From positions 60,528 through 124,527 of the forward strand of contig CAYJEJ010000003.1 of the NCBI GenBank assembly GCA_964369315.1: DNA of 64,000 bases, in the 5' to 3' direction. The position numbers and the translations under genes are program-made. How positions within the stretch are numbered: position 1 is the first letter of the stretch; every line of letters starts with the position of its first letter. Origin of the DNA: an uncultured Alphaproteobacteria bacterium. Lineage in GTDB: Bacteria; Pseudomonadota; Alphaproteobacteria; UBA3830; JAIRWN01. The notes beneath the pieces were generated by a model, which searched no databases, had not been told where the DNA came from, and saw only the letters and a list, made by a program, of their open reading frames with translations. Positions 48,965 through 59,500 of the stretch are shown piece by piece.

Positions 48965-50455
48965 ATGACGATTAATTTCATAAAAACATTAAATTCTAGT
49001 CACGCCAACTTATTTATTTGTCTCGCAAAGGCTGAGTTGCACAATGATTTATATAAAAAGTTGGATGATGAACTTGGTGGAATTTTATCTAAGGCACTTT
49101 CGGTGAATCCTTGGTTTAAGGCAAAACTTGGTGAACATATTGCTGTGATTTGCCCTGATTCTAGGTTTTCTTATGTTGTTTTAGTCGGGGCGAGTGATGT
49201 TTGTGACGTCAAGTCTGCCAGAAAACTGGGCGGAAAAATTTCTTTGTTTTCTAAGAATTTAAAATTAGACCAAATTACAATTTTATCTGAGGGCACATTT
49301 CCAAAACCCTCAGAAGATGAATTGGTTTCAAACGTGGCACTGGGTTTTATGTTGAAATCTTGGAAGTTTGATAAATATAAAACTGATAATGCTAAGAAAT
49401 CTAATATTATTAATGCTGAGATAGTCGCATCACAAGTCGCACAAAAAATTTATGATGAAGTCTTAGAGCCAACATATTGCGGCATAATAAAAGCTAGGGA
49501 GCTTATTAATGAACCCGCCAATGTCATAACCCCAGAATCTTTTGCAGAACATGCCCTAGATATGTCGTCCTTAGGGCTTGATGTGGAGGTTTTATCAAAA
49601 AATGATTTGGAAAAATTAGGGATGAACGCTCTTCTTGGAGTTGCTCAGGGCAGCGTAAATGAGCCAAAAGTCGTTGTGTTAAAATGGTTTGGTGGTGATA
49701 AAAATGCCCCATGTTCAGCGTTTGTTGGCAAGGGATTGACCTTTGATAGTGGTGGAATATCGATAAAACCATCACGGAATATGGACCAAATGAAATCGGA
49801 TATGTCTGGTGGGGCAACTGTGTTGGGCACGATGATTGGCTTGGCAAAGAGCAAGGCGAAGGTGAATGCCGTTGGAGTGATAGGTTTAGCGGAAAATATG
49901 CCATCTGGTCATGCACAACGCCCAGGTGATATTGTTAAAACTATGTCTGGTAAAACAGTCGAGATATTAGACACTGATGCTGAAGGTAGGTTAGTCTTAG
50001 CGGACGTTCTTTGGTATACGTCAACTCATTTTAATCCAAAGTTAATTGTCGATTTTGCGACTTTAACTGGTGCAATTCAGATTGCACTTGGCACTGAGTT
50101 TGCAGGAGTGTTTTCAAATGATACTAAATTAAAAGACAGGCTTGTTAGCTCTGGCGAGCGGGTTGATGAAATGCTTTGGCATATGCCGTTAACAAAGGGT
50201 TTTGATAAACAAATCAATTCAGAAATTGCAGATATTAAAAACCTAGGTTCCCCTGGAAAAGGCGGGAGCAGTACGGCGGCACATTTTCTTCAGCGTTTTA
50301 TAGCGAATGACATACCTTGGGCACATATTGATATTGCTGGCGTTGCATATTGTGATAGTGCAACAGATTTGTCGCAAAAGGGCGGGGTTGGTTTTGGTGT
50401 GCAACTTTTGATGGATTTTTTATTAAACTCCGATGAAAACCTAAATGAAAAATAA
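48965..50455 (+). CDS. pepA: leucyl aminopeptidase (M17)
   Basis: GKGLTFDSGG and NTDAEGRL-type motif (LDTDAEGRLVLAD); 496 aa. Confidence 0.9.
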   Translation: MTINFIKTLNSSHANLFICLAKAELHNDLYKKLDDELGGILSKALSVNPWFKAKLGEHIAVICPDSRFSYVVLVGASDVCDVKSARKLGGKISLFSKNLKLDQITILSEGTFPKPSEDELVSNVALGFMLKSWKFDKYKTDNAKKSNIINAEIVASQVAQKIYDEVLEPTYCGIIKARELINEPANVITPESFAEHALDMSSLGLDVEVLSKNDLEKLGMNALLGVAQGSVNEPKVVVLKWFGGDKNAPCSAFVGKGLTFDSGGISIKPSRNMDQMKSDMSGGATVLGTMIGLAKSKAKVNAVGVIGLAENMPSGHAQRPGDIVKTMSGKTVEILDTDAEGRLVLADVLWYTSTHFNPKLIVDFATLTGAIQIALGTEFAGVFSNDTKLKDRLVSSGERVDEMLWHMPLTKGFDKQINSEIADIKNLGSPGKGGSSTAAHFLQRFIANDIPWAHIDIAGVAYCDSATDLSQKGGVGFGVQLLMDFLLNSDENLNEK

Positions 50456-51866
50456 CTTTTTATGGACGTTTAGCGACCTAGAAAACATATTACAACCCCT
50501 CGAGCTTAAAGTTGAGGGTGTTTTGGACGCGAGGTTAGGGGTTACAAGCGTTGCAATAGATAGTCGAGATGTGAGAGAAGGGACGCTGTTTTTTGCTATA
50601 AAAGGTGAGCGGAATGATGGTCATGATTACCTAGCTCAGGCTATAAAAAGTGGTGCTTGTGCAGCAGTTGTTAGTGATGACTTTTGTCATTGTGATGAGA
50701 TTAAGATACCACTGTTTAAAACAAGTGACACCTATAAAGCGTTACTAAAGCTCGCGGTTAATGGAAGAAAAAGGTTTTCTGGTCAAGTGGTTGAAATCAC
50801 AGGTAGCGTCGGCAAAACCACAATTAAAGAGATGTTGGCATTCTCATTAAAGAATGATGATGAAAAATGTTATTTTTCCAAGAAAAATTTTAACAACCAT
50901 TTTGGTGTTCCTTTGACCCTAGCAAATATGCCGAAAAATCTCGATTTTGCAATTTTAGAAGCGGGAATGAGCGGTCTAAACGAAATAGAATTTTTAACCA
51001 AAATGATAAACCCACACATATCCTTAATATCGACAATATGTTCCAATCATGTCAGTAATTTTTCTTCCATTATGGATATTGCTAGGGCAAAGGCAGAAAT
51101 TTTTTCTCATCACCCATCGGAGGGTGCTACTTTGATTCCAAAAGATAGTGCTTTTTTCGATTTTTTAAAACAATCTGCTAAAGAGTTTGGTATAGAAAAA
51201 ATCTATTCTTTTGGCGATGATTCAAGCGATGATGTTCGTCTTTTAGGGTTGAATTCTGAAAAAGGTGTTTTTGTATTGAAAGTCGATGTTTTTGGCAAGG
51301 TGATAGAATACAAGCTTAACACCATCAACGATTCATGGGTTGCCAACTCGCTCGCAGTTTTGGGGGCTGTTCATTTACTTGGGGCAGATGTTGAACATGT
51401 TTCACAAAAATTAGCTGAATTTAAACCAATTGATGGCAGGGGTAGACAATATTGTTGTAAAAAATTTGATGGAGCTTCTTTTTTTGTTATAGATGAAAGT
51501 TATAATGCAAGTCCAGATTCTATGAAGGCTGCTTTAAGGTCTTTGTCGAATTTTCAATCAGATAGGAGAAAAATTGCTATCCTTGCTGATATGAAAGAGC
51601 TGGGGGACAACAGCGTTAATATGCACCTAGATTTGCTTCCAACTATTGATAAATTTAATATAGACGTTGTTATCGCTTGTGGCAGTTGTATGGAAAAAGT
51701 ATTTCTCGCTCTACCAAATGAGAAAAAGGGTGAATGGTACGCTTCTAGTGAAGAGTTGTTGAATAATTTTAATTTTAATGACTTTATAAAAGATAGAGAT
51801 GTAATAATGATAAAGGGCTCTCATAGTATGAATTGTGCAAAAATCGTTGAAAGGTTGGTAAATTAA
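50445..51866 (+). CDS. murF: UDP-N-acetylmuramoyl-tripeptide--D-alanyl-D-alanine ligase
   Basis: Mur ligase P-loop TGSVGKTT and DESYNASP. The start overlaps the pepA stop by 11 nt. Confidence 0.9.
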   Translation: MKNNFLWTFSDLENILQPLELKVEGVLDARLGVTSVAIDSRDVREGTLFFAIKGERNDGHDYLAQAIKSGACAAVVSDDFCHCDEIKIPLFKTSDTYKALLKLAVNGRKRFSGQVVEITGSVGKTTIKEMLAFSLKNDDEKCYFSKKNFNNHFGVPLTLANMPKNLDFAILEAGMSGLNEIEFLTKMINPHISLISTICSNHVSNFSSIMDIARAKAEIFSHHPSEGATLIPKDSAFFDFLKQSAKEFGIEKIYSFGDDSSDDVRLLGLNSEKGVFVLKVDVFGKVIEYKLNTINDSWVANSLAVLGAVHLLGADVEHVSQKLAEFKPIDGRGRQYCCKKFDGASFFVIDESYNASPDSMKAALRSLSNFQSDRRKIAILADMKELGDNSVNMHLDLLPTIDKFNIDVVIACGSCMEKVFLALPNEKKGEWYASSEELLNNFNFNDFIKDRDVIMIKGSHSMNCAKIVERLVN

Positions 51867-51869
51867 GCA

Positions 51870-52955
51870 ATGATATATAATTTATTATTTCCCTACATTA
51901 AGCACCTATCAGGTTTAAATGTTATAAAATATATAACGTTCAGGACAGCAGTTGCTTTGTTTACGTCTTTATTGATAACGTTTTTTATTGCTCCCGTAAT
52001 AATTAATTGGCTCAATCGAAAAAAAGCCAAGCAACCAATCAGGTCTGATGGTCCAAAATCGCATATATTAACCAAATCTAACACCCCAACAATGGGCGGC
52101 GTTATGATTTTAGTTTCTTCAATAATAAGTGCTATTTTGTGGGCAGACCTTAGTAATGGGTTTGTTTGGATGGTTATTTTTGTCACCGTATGTTGCGGGA
52201 TGATTGGCTTTTATGATGATTATTTAAAGGTGATTAAAGGTCACGCAAAAGGGCTCTCTGGAAAATGTAAATCTTCTTTACAGGTGTTGGTTGCGGTTAC
52301 TTTTTTTATTTGGCTATGGCTTTATACCTCACCGAATTTTTCAACAGAATTTATGCTCCCATTTTTAAAGAAACCGATTATAGACCTTGGTTGGCTTTAT
52401 GCGTTTTTGGTTATTTTTGTTGTTGTTGGCTCGTCTAATGCCGTTAACCTGACAGATGGGCTGGACGGTCTGGCAATTTTACCCACTGCACTTGTTGCGG
52501 GATGTTTGGGGATAATGGCGTATTTATCGGGACATTTGATATTTGCGAAGTATTTACAAATATATCAAGTAGCAGGCAGTGGTGAGTTGGCGGTGTTTTG
52601 TGGCAGTTTGGTTGGCTCTAGCTTGGGCTTTTTGTGGTTTAATGCCCCACCTGCAAAAATTTTTATGGGTGATACAGGAGCTTTGGCAATTGGCGGTGCA
52701 TTGGGGGCAGTTGCAACCATTACGAAAAATGAAATTGTTCTCGCAATTGCTGGAGGGGTGTTTGTAATCGAAACATTGTCGGTCATTATTCAGGTCTTTT
52801 CATTCAAGGTTCGGAAAAAAAGGGTTTTCTTGATGGCACCAATTCATCACCATTTTGAAAAAAAGGGTTGGAAAGAACCTACCATAGTTATAAGATTTTG
52901 GATTATATCTGTAATATTCGCTTTATGTAGTTTAATGACGCTTAAAATAAGATGA
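51870..52955 (+). CDS. mraY: phospho-N-acetylmuramoyl-pentapeptide transferase
   Basis: Polytopic protein with KxxTPTMGG, NAVNLTDGLDGLA and MGDTGALA motifs. Confidence 0.95.
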   Translation: MIYNLLFPYIKHLSGLNVIKYITFRTAVALFTSLLITFFIAPVIINWLNRKKAKQPIRSDGPKSHILTKSNTPTMGGVMILVSSIISAILWADLSNGFVWMVIFVTVCCGMIGFYDDYLKVIKGHAKGLSGKCKSSLQVLVAVTFFIWLWLYTSPNFSTEFMLPFLKKPIIDLGWLYAFLVIFVVVGSSNAVNLTDGLDGLAILPTALVAGCLGIMAYLSGHLIFAKYLQIYQVAGSGELAVFCGSLVGSSLGFLWFNAPPAKIFMGDTGALAIGGALGAVATITKNEIVLAIAGGVFVIETLSVIIQVFSFKVRKKRVFLMAPIHHHFEKKGWKEPTIVIRFWIISVIFALCSLMTLKIR

Positions 52956-54367
52956 TTATAGCAAATAACTGTCGAGGAAAAGTTGTTTATGTGTTGGGAC
53001 TCGGCACCAGCGGTCATGGAGCCTTAAATACCCTTCTTGCCGCAGAGGCTGTTGTTTTTGCGTGGGATGATAATCCAGCGAGCAGAATACCCATTGATGG
53101 CGTCACATATGTTGAATTTAAAAATCTTAATTTGCAAGAAATTGACCTTCTGGTAGTAAGTCCAGGGGTTGCTGTGTTTTGGCCAAAACCACATCCTGCT
53201 GTTGAATATGCATATAAACATTTTATACCTGTGGTCTGTGATGTTGACCTTTTTATGTATAATAAACCAATTGATGCACCATGTGTCGCTGTGACAGGGA
53301 CTAATGGCAAGTCAACAACGGTGTCTTTAATAGAGCATGTGTTAAACGCCAATAAGAGCAAAAATCAAGGTAAGGTCGCATTAGGGGGAAATATAGGAAC
53401 CTCAGCACTAGACTTGCCAGTGCTTAATTGTGACGATAGTTATATTCTTGAGTTGTCGTCTTATCAACTAGAATTGATGACAGGATTAAATTTTGAAATC
53501 TCAGTTTTGCTCAATATAACGCAAGACCACATGTCTCGTCATAATGGTATGATAGGATATGCGAACTCTAAGCAAAAAATACTACAAAATGTTTTTTATG
53601 GAGGGTGGGGGATTATATCTGTTGACGACCCGTATTGTTTACAGATTATGAACATGTTTGATGAAAAACACAAACAAAGAATTATTCCAATTTCTGCCAA
53701 TTTCGTTCCAAAATCTGGTATAGGGTGGAACGGCTCAAACATGATAGATGATACTAAAGGCAGCAAGGTTTCAGTGATTAATATTGATGAGTTTTCAAAC
53801 CTATCTGGGAAACATAATTTGCAAAATATAGCTGCCGCTTATACAACATGCAGTTTAAAAGGAGTTCAGGTAAATCAATTTAAATCTGCACTAAAAACCT
53901 TTAGCTCTCTAAAACATCGTCATGAAAAAATAGATTGTGGCGTTCCTTTTAAAATTATTAACGATAGCAAAGCGACCAATATTGATGCCTGCGTTAAGGG
54001 TTTGGAAGGGCTTGACAAAATTTATTGGATTGTCGGCGGTTTAGCAAAGAGTTCAGATTTTTGCTCATTAAAAGGGCAACACTTGAACAAAATAAAAAAA
54101 GCATTTGTTATAGGGACGTCAGCAGAGATTATTTGTGATTTTTTGAAAAAAAATGATGTTTTGTTTGAACGATGTGATGTTTTAGACATAGCGGTAAATA
54201 AGGCGATGGCAGATGCCTATCAAGAGTATCAAAGTTCTCTTTCACATGATATATCTGTGGTTTTATCCCCAGCTTGTGCGAGCTTTGACCAATTTAATAA
54301 TTTTGAACATCGCGGGGAAGTTTTTTCTGACTTAATTAAAGTTTGGTGTCAGGAGCACGGCGTTTGA
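52952..54367 (+). CDS. murD: UDP-N-acetylmuramoylalanine--D-glutamate ligase
   Basis: P-loop VTGTNGKST, HRHE region and ATN motif, in dcw gene order. Confidence 0.9.
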   Translation: MIIANNCRGKVVYVLGLGTSGHGALNTLLAAEAVVFAWDDNPASRIPIDGVTYVEFKNLNLQEIDLLVVSPGVAVFWPKPHPAVEYAYKHFIPVVCDVDLFMYNKPIDAPCVAVTGTNGKSTTVSLIEHVLNANKSKNQGKVALGGNIGTSALDLPVLNCDDSYILELSSYQLELMTGLNFEISVLLNITQDHMSRHNGMIGYANSKQKILQNVFYGGWGIISVDDPYCLQIMNMFDEKHKQRIIPISANFVPKSGIGWNGSNMIDDTKGSKVSVINIDEFSNLSGKHNLQNIAAAYTTCSLKGVQVNQFKSALKTFSSLKHRHEKIDCGVPFKIINDSKATNIDACVKGLEGLDKIYWIVGGLAKSSDFCSLKGQHLNKIKKAFVIGTSAEIICDFLKKNDVLFERCDVLDIAVNKAMADAYQEYQSSLSHDISVVLSPACASFDQFNNFEHRGEVFSDLIKVWCQEHGV

Positions 54368-55488
54368 TGACATCTCGGTTTACACGGACTGACCGAAGTC
54401 TTTTGAGCCTGTGGTGGTGGACTGTTGATAGGTGGCTCTTAGCTTTTTTAATTTTTATAAGTGTTTTTGGTGCGATTTTTAGTTTTGCAGCAACGCCTAT
54501 GGTGGCGGTTAAAATAGGGTTGCCTGAATTTCACTTTGTTAAACGTCACATAATTTATACAATTGCAGGACTTTTTGTGATGACAACAATCTCTTTTCTA
54601 GAGATTAGGGCTATCAAGCGTTTTGCTGTTTTGCTGTTTTTGATGAGCATCATATTGTTAGTTGGAACACAATTTTTTGGCACTGAGATAAAAGGTGCTA
54701 AACGTTGGATTAATTTTGGGATTCTGATTATTCAACCATCCGAGTTTGTCAAACCCGCATTTGCTGTTTTATCGGCTTGGATGTTTTCAGAGCAAGCGAT
54801 TAATAAGGATTTTCCAGGTGGATATATCTCATTTGGGTTTTACTTATTACTGATTATTCTAATGGCATTGCAACCCGATATGGGCATGATATTTGTTATA
54901 TCAGCCATATGGTTTGGTCAGCTGTTCTTAACAGGCATCCCTTTTGGCTTGGTTGCATTGTTTCTTGTGCTGGGCGGTTTGGGGATAGGAGGTGCGTATT
55001 TGTTGTTTCCTCATGTGGCAAGTAGGATAAATCGGTTTATAGACCCAACTGCCGGAGATTGTTATCAAATCAACCGCTCTTTAGAGGCTTTTCAAAATGG
55101 TGGATGGTTTGGCGTTGGACCAGGTGAGGGGATTATAAAAAAACACCTGCCAGACGCTCATGCTGATTTTGTTTTTTCAGTCATTGGTGAAGAGTTTGGG
55201 ACATTGGTGTGTGTGGTGGTTTTTTTGGTTTATTGTCTCGCGATATTAAGGAGTTTGATTTTTGTTTTAAAAAGTAAAGATACTTTTGTCTCATTCGCTG
55301 TTTTTGGTTTGATTATTCAATTTGCTATGCAGGTTTTTGTTAATATTGGCTCAAGCCTACATATTATCCCGACAAAGGGGATGACCCTGCCGTTCATATC
55401 CTATGGCGGCTCATCTATGATAGCATTGAGCCTTTGTTTAGGGATGGTTTTAGGGCTTTCTCGAAAAAGACCCATGGTTATAGAATGA
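54367..55488 (+). CDS. ftsW: SEDS-family cell division protein FtsW
   Basis: Polytopic SEDS protein with QPSEFVKP, DFVFSVIGEEFG and LPFISYGGSS. The ATG at 54367 overlaps the murD stop. Confidence 0.85.
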   Translation: MTSRFTRTDRSLLSLWWWTVDRWLLAFLIFISVFGAIFSFAATPMVAVKIGLPEFHFVKRHIIYTIAGLFVMTTISFLEIRAIKRFAVLLFLMSIILLVGTQFFGTEIKGAKRWINFGILIIQPSEFVKPAFAVLSAWMFSEQAINKDFPGGYISFGFYLLLIILMALQPDMGMIFVISAIWFGQLFLTGIPFGLVALFLVLGGLGIGGAYLLFPHVASRINRFIDPTAGDCYQINRSLEAFQNGGWFGVGPGEGIIKKHLPDAHADFVFSVIGEEFGTLVCVVVFLVYCLAILRSLIFVLKSKDTFVSFAVFGLIIQFAMQVFVNIGSSLHIIPTKGMTLPFISYGGSSMIALSLCLGMVLGLSRKRPMVIE

Positions 55489-56270
55489 ATTATTTAACAT
55501 CTGACATTATAAAAACAAAACACGGTTTTTTCACAAAGAATGGAGGGGTTAGCATTGATGGATATCATTCATTAAACTGTAGTTTTGGCGTGGGTGATGG
55601 GGTTGATAATGTTGATTATAATCAAAGATGTGTCGCATCTTCCCTAGGTTTTCCGAGGTTAAAATTAGCAACGCTTGAACAAGTGCATGGACGCGAGGTA
55701 TTTGTTGTCAACAGCTCAAACATAGGGGTTTTTGATTCACATTATAACAGACCAAGAGCAGATGCATTGGTTACATCATTGGAAGGCGTTATAATCGGCA
55801 TATTGACTGCAGATTGTGCCCCTGTTTTATTTTATGATAAAAAAAACCAAATAATTGCCTGTGCTCATGCTGGTTGGCGAGGTGCATTGAATGGGGTTTT
55901 GGATGCTACAATTAGCACTATGATGAATATGGGAAGCCTTGTAACAGACATTTGCGTTGCTATTGGACCGTGTATAAAAATACAGTCATATGTCACAGGT
56001 CAATCTATGTTTGATGAGTTTTTATCAAAGGATTTGAGTAGTGAGATTTTTTTTCAACCTCTTGATAGTACTAACGAGAAAAAGTGGCTATTTGACCTGA
56101 GTGGTTATGTTAAAAATAAACTAAAAAATTTAGAGGTGTCAAATATTGACATGATTGATAGGGATACTTTTTCAGACAAGAATTTTTTTAGTTTCAGGCG
56201 TAATAAACAAGATGGTCTGTTTCCTGATTGCGGAAGGCAAATTTCAGCAATTACCTTAGGTATCAAATAG
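55485..56270 (+). CDS. pgeF: peptidoglycan editing factor PgeF / YfiH (DUF152, laccase-domain) family
   Basis: HGFFTKNGGVS, QVHG and ADCAPVLF...AHAGWRG motifs. The ATG at 55485 overlaps the ftsW stop. Confidence 0.8.
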   Translation: MNYLTSDIIKTKHGFFTKNGGVSIDGYHSLNCSFGVGDGVDNVDYNQRCVASSLGFPRLKLATLEQVHGREVFVVNSSNIGVFDSHYNRPRADALVTSLEGVIIGILTADCAPVLFYDKKNQIIACAHAGWRGALNGVLDATISTMMNMGSLVTDICVAIGPCIKIQSYVTGQSMFDEFLSKDLSSEIFFQPLDSTNEKKWLFDLSGYVKNKLKNLEVSNIDMIDRDTFSDKNFFSFRRNKQDGLFPDCGRQISAITLGIK

Positions 56271-56309
56271 TAATTGAGTAATAAAATCTTTTTATAATGC
56301 TCATAATAA

Positions 56310-56987
56310 TTAAGCTTGAGCTTGCTCAAAAAGAGTTTTTATTAAATGGGTGGTAATAGGTTTTTTAGTTTTTAATGAAAGGTTATCTAGGTTTTCTATA
56401 AATTTTAAAATATCATGAAATGTTCTTTGCGACCTTTCTATAATATATTTACAAACTTTATCCTGCCGTTCTAGAACTAATCCCCTTAATCTGAGTTGAT
56501 TTATCAACACAGTCGTAAGCAGCTCGTCATCAGGGTTAAGCAACTCGACACAATTCATGGCAAGCAAGCGGGATGTTAAATCTTTTAAAGCAAGGTTCCA
56601 ATTTTTTGTCGGGTTTATATCTAGTATTAAAATGGTTCCTGAGACTTCTTTTATATGATTAATGAGGTGAAGGGTGTCCACCTCCCTGTTTTCAATATTT
56701 TTTATTCCATCCAACAAGAAATGTGGGGGGCTGTCATTGGCTTTGATAAGTTCATTAATGTCAGTATTCGGTGTGATACGCTTTGCATTGACACTATTAG
56801 CCCAAAGATTGCCCAAGTGGGATTTTCCGCACCCTGAATCTCCATATATAACAAGACCATTATTTAACCATTTTGGCCATTTTACCAACCAATCGATAGC
56901 GACCTTATTTTGAGATGAAGTTTCAAAATCAGTCCAGTTAATATCTTTATTGAAAGCAAAGTTTAGTATTATTTGTTCTTGTGTCAC
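56310..56987 (-). CDS. hda: DnaA regulatory inactivator Hda-like AAA+ protein
   Basis: 225 aa with P-loop GDSGCGKSHL and a DnaA-domain-III-like layout. Confidence 0.7.
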   Translation of the reverse strand: MTQEQIILNFAFNKDINWTDFETSSQNKVAIDWLVKWPKWLNNGLVIYGDSGCGKSHLGNLWANSVNAKRITPNTDINELIKANDSPPHFLLDGIKNIENREVDTLHLINHIKEVSGTILILDINPTKNWNLALKDLTSRLLAMNCVELLNPDDELLTTVLINQLRLRGLVLERQDKVCKYIIERSQRTFHDILKFIENLDNLSLKTKKPITTHLIKTLFEQAQA

Positions 56988-56989
56988 TT

Positions 56990-58066
56990 TTAATTTAAAT
57001 ATATTTTGGACTTTTTAAATCGCTCAAGTGCGAACCTTACACTCAAATTAATTATTGCTGCAATCGGCACGGAAATAATCACACCGATTATCCCATATAA
57101 CGCAATCCCTGCATATATAGAAAAAAATACCCATAAAGGGTGCAGACCTATCTTTGTGCCAATAAATTTGGGCACTAAGAAGTTAGCTTCAGTAAACTGT
57201 CCAATAATGTATATAGCTATTATGACTATGATACTAGGCGTTACCCCAAACTGTACAATCCCTAAAAAAGAGGCAATAACCAACCCGACAAAAGCCCCGA
57301 TTGATGGTGCCAAGGTTAAAATACCGCTCAAGCATCCCATAAAAATCGCAGTCTTTAACCCCAATATCCAAAGACCTGTCGTGTAATAGATGCCCATAAT
57401 AATTGATATTATGACCTGACCTTTAAAGTATTCACGAAGAGTTTTATCAATTTTTAAAAATACTTCGTTGAATGTATTGACTTGACTCAGTGGAACCCAA
57501 GACTTTATGGATGACAGAAGCTTGTCTGAGTCTCGGAGCACGAAAAAAATTACAAATGGAGAGATGACTAATGTCGCTGCGCCAGTTGTAATCAAACCGC
57601 CACCTGCGAATAAGGTTAGTATGAATTCTAGGAAGTTTTTTGTAAGGTCGGCTCCAACGTCGACCATTACATGACGCACATCAATTTTCCCAGTTATCGA
57701 TAAACTGTCTAAGATAGAGTTCATTAATGGCGATATTGTTTCAGATAATTGGTCAAGACACCTTGGAACCATCTTTATTAAAATTACAAGCTCGCCCTCC
57801 AAATTAGGCAGAAAAAAAGCAATAAAAAACACAACTATTGCAACAAATACCAATGTTATTAAAAAACTAGACAAGGCTCGATTGTTGATGATTTTAAGTA
57901 ATTTTTTATAAGGGGTGATGAGCATATAAGAAAAAATAAGACCAATTGTAAAGGGTATTGTGATTACGCCAAATATATAAAAAAAGCCAATCAAAGCACA
58001 CAAAGAAAATGGCCAAAATAAGAGCTGATTATTAACATTAATAGGTTTTTTAGTCATTAATATCAC
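56990..58066 (-). CDS. AI-2E family transporter (PerM/UPF0118)
   Basis: Polytopic protein of about 8 TM helices with typical size and a Gly-rich C-terminal half. The start may be the ATG at 58057. Confidence 0.7.
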   Translation of the reverse strand: MILMTKKPINVNNQLLFWPFSLCALIGFFYIFGVITIPFTIGLIFSYMLITPYKKLLKIINNRALSSFLITLVFVAIVVFFIAFFLPNLEGELVILIKMVPRCLDQLSETISPLMNSILDSLSITGKIDVRHVMVDVGADLTKNFLEFILTLFAGGGLITTGAATLVISPFVIFFVLRDSDKLLSSIKSWVPLSQVNTFNEVFLKIDKTLREYFKGQVIISIIMGIYYTTGLWILGLKTAIFMGCLSGILTLAPSIGAFVGLVIASFLGIVQFGVTPSIIVIIAIYIIGQFTEANFLVPKFIGTKIGLHPLWVFFSIYAGIALYGIIGVIISVPIAAIINLSVRFALERFKKSKIYLN

Positions 58067-58619
58067 CTCTCCTTAAAGCTAGGTAAAGTTTTATATATAA
58101 AAAACTAGATATCAATGTAGTAAAAGCGAGTATATATATAAAAGCCTCTTGCAAAATAGCGACCAAATCAAAACCCTGCATAGATAAATTAACTAATATG
58201 ATTAAAGCCAAGATGAATTGGATAAAAGTATTCAATTTACTAGTAAATATCGCATAAAACGGCTTTTGTGTTTTGCTAATAGCTTGAATAAGCAATAAAT
58301 GACTAACTCCAAAGGTAATTAATATATCACGCACAATTATTATATTAAAAAGCCAAAAAGGAATTTGATTAAGTGTATATGCTCCATAAAAAAATAAAAC
58401 CGCCAGAATTTTATCTGCCAATGGGTCTAACATAGAGCCCAAGCGAGAGCAAACATCAAACCTTCTGGCCAAAAAACCATCTAAAAAATCGCTACCAGCC
58501 GCAAATATTAATATAATTGAGCAAAGACAATAATATCCTTTTGTTAAGGTATAAAAGACCAGCGGTGAAACGAGTAATCTTAATAATGATAAAACGTTGG
58601 GCAGAATGTTCTTTTGCAT
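58050..58619 (-). CDS. pgsA: CDP-diacylglycerol--glycerol-3-phosphate 3-phosphatidyltransferase
   Basis: CDP-alcohol phosphatidyltransferase motif DFLDGFLARRFDVCSRLGSMLDPLADK. Confidence 0.85.
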   Translation of the reverse strand: MQKNILPNVLSLLRLLVSPLVFYTLTKGYYCLCSIILIFAAGSDFLDGFLARRFDVCSRLGSMLDPLADKILAVLFFYGAYTLNQIPFWLFNIIIVRDILITFGVSHLLLIQAISKTQKPFYAIFTSKLNTFIQFILALIILVNLSMQGFDLVAILQEAFIYILAFTTLISSFLYIKLYLALRRGDIND

Positions 58620-58646
58620 AAATTTTTAGAGAAAAATTATTTAAAT

Positions 58647-59483
58647 TTAATTGATTGTATCAGAGATATAATCTTTTTGTTTAATATTTTTTTCAGAAAA
58701 ATTCTTCTCAATTGACGTTTCTTTATCAAACAAGGTTTTTGAATATAAAACCACTGTTCGGTCAGACATAACCTTAACCTCAAAGCCAGCTTCACTCATT
58801 TTATCATTGAACGCTTCGTCAATATTCAGCTCAGCTGTGTCTAATAAAACCAATGAAGATGATATCAAAGTTTCTTGAAAATCTATTAGCTTCTGCAATA
58901 CTGAAGAGAGCTTCAGCCACTCGGTTAAAGACCTCACTTTTACCTTAATTTTATTTGCAATGATTTTCTCACTCATAACTTTCGGCAAAACATCATCTTT
59001 TTCTGCTGAAGCTACTTGTGGGTCTTTTGGTGTGTCTATTTTTTCAATTGATGCGGGATGAAAATCAGCTGGCGGGGTTTCGCCTTCTCTCTCAACGAGG
59101 GGTATATTATTGCTCTCGAGCAAGTGAAACAACTTGTCTTTATCTATTCGATAATCGATAAATGCCTCATATCTTCCAGCCGTTATCTTTTCTTCTTTTA
59201 TTGCAAAATCAAATATATATTTGGAAGGTTTTTCCGATATTAAAGAGATTGCATAAGACACTTTTTCAGTTGGAACAATTTTTTTAATTAGGTCAGTCAC
59301 AGCAATTAAGTCACCCGATGCAAAGGCCGCATTTTTTGCTTCTGCTGATGTTGTTCCGTTTGCTTCTATAAAAACATTTTTTACAGGCATCAAATTGGGG
59401 TTGCTGCCTTTAGCAAAGGAAAAATTTGAACAGCACACAGCAAAAAATATCATCAAGAATTTTTTATTAATTAATTTTGTCAT
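58647..59483 (-). CDS. hypothetical exported protein
   Basis: N-terminal signal sequence MIFFAVCCSNFSFAKG. No motif was recognised. Confidence 0.5.
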   Translation of the reverse strand: MTKLINKKFLMIFFAVCCSNFSFAKGSNPNLMPVKNVFIEANGTTSAEAKNAAFASGDLIAVTDLIKKIVPTEKVSYAISLISEKPSKYIFDFAIKEEKITAGRYEAFIDYRIDKDKLFHLLESNNIPLVEREGETPPADFHPASIEKIDTPKDPQVASAEKDDVLPKVMSEKIIANKIKVKVRSLTEWLKLSSVLQKLIDFQETLISSSLVLLDTAELNIDEAFNDKMSEAGFEVKVMSDRTVVLYSKTLFDKETSIEKNFSEKNIKQKDYISDTIN

Positions 59484-59500
59484 ATGCTGCTCAAAAAAAA

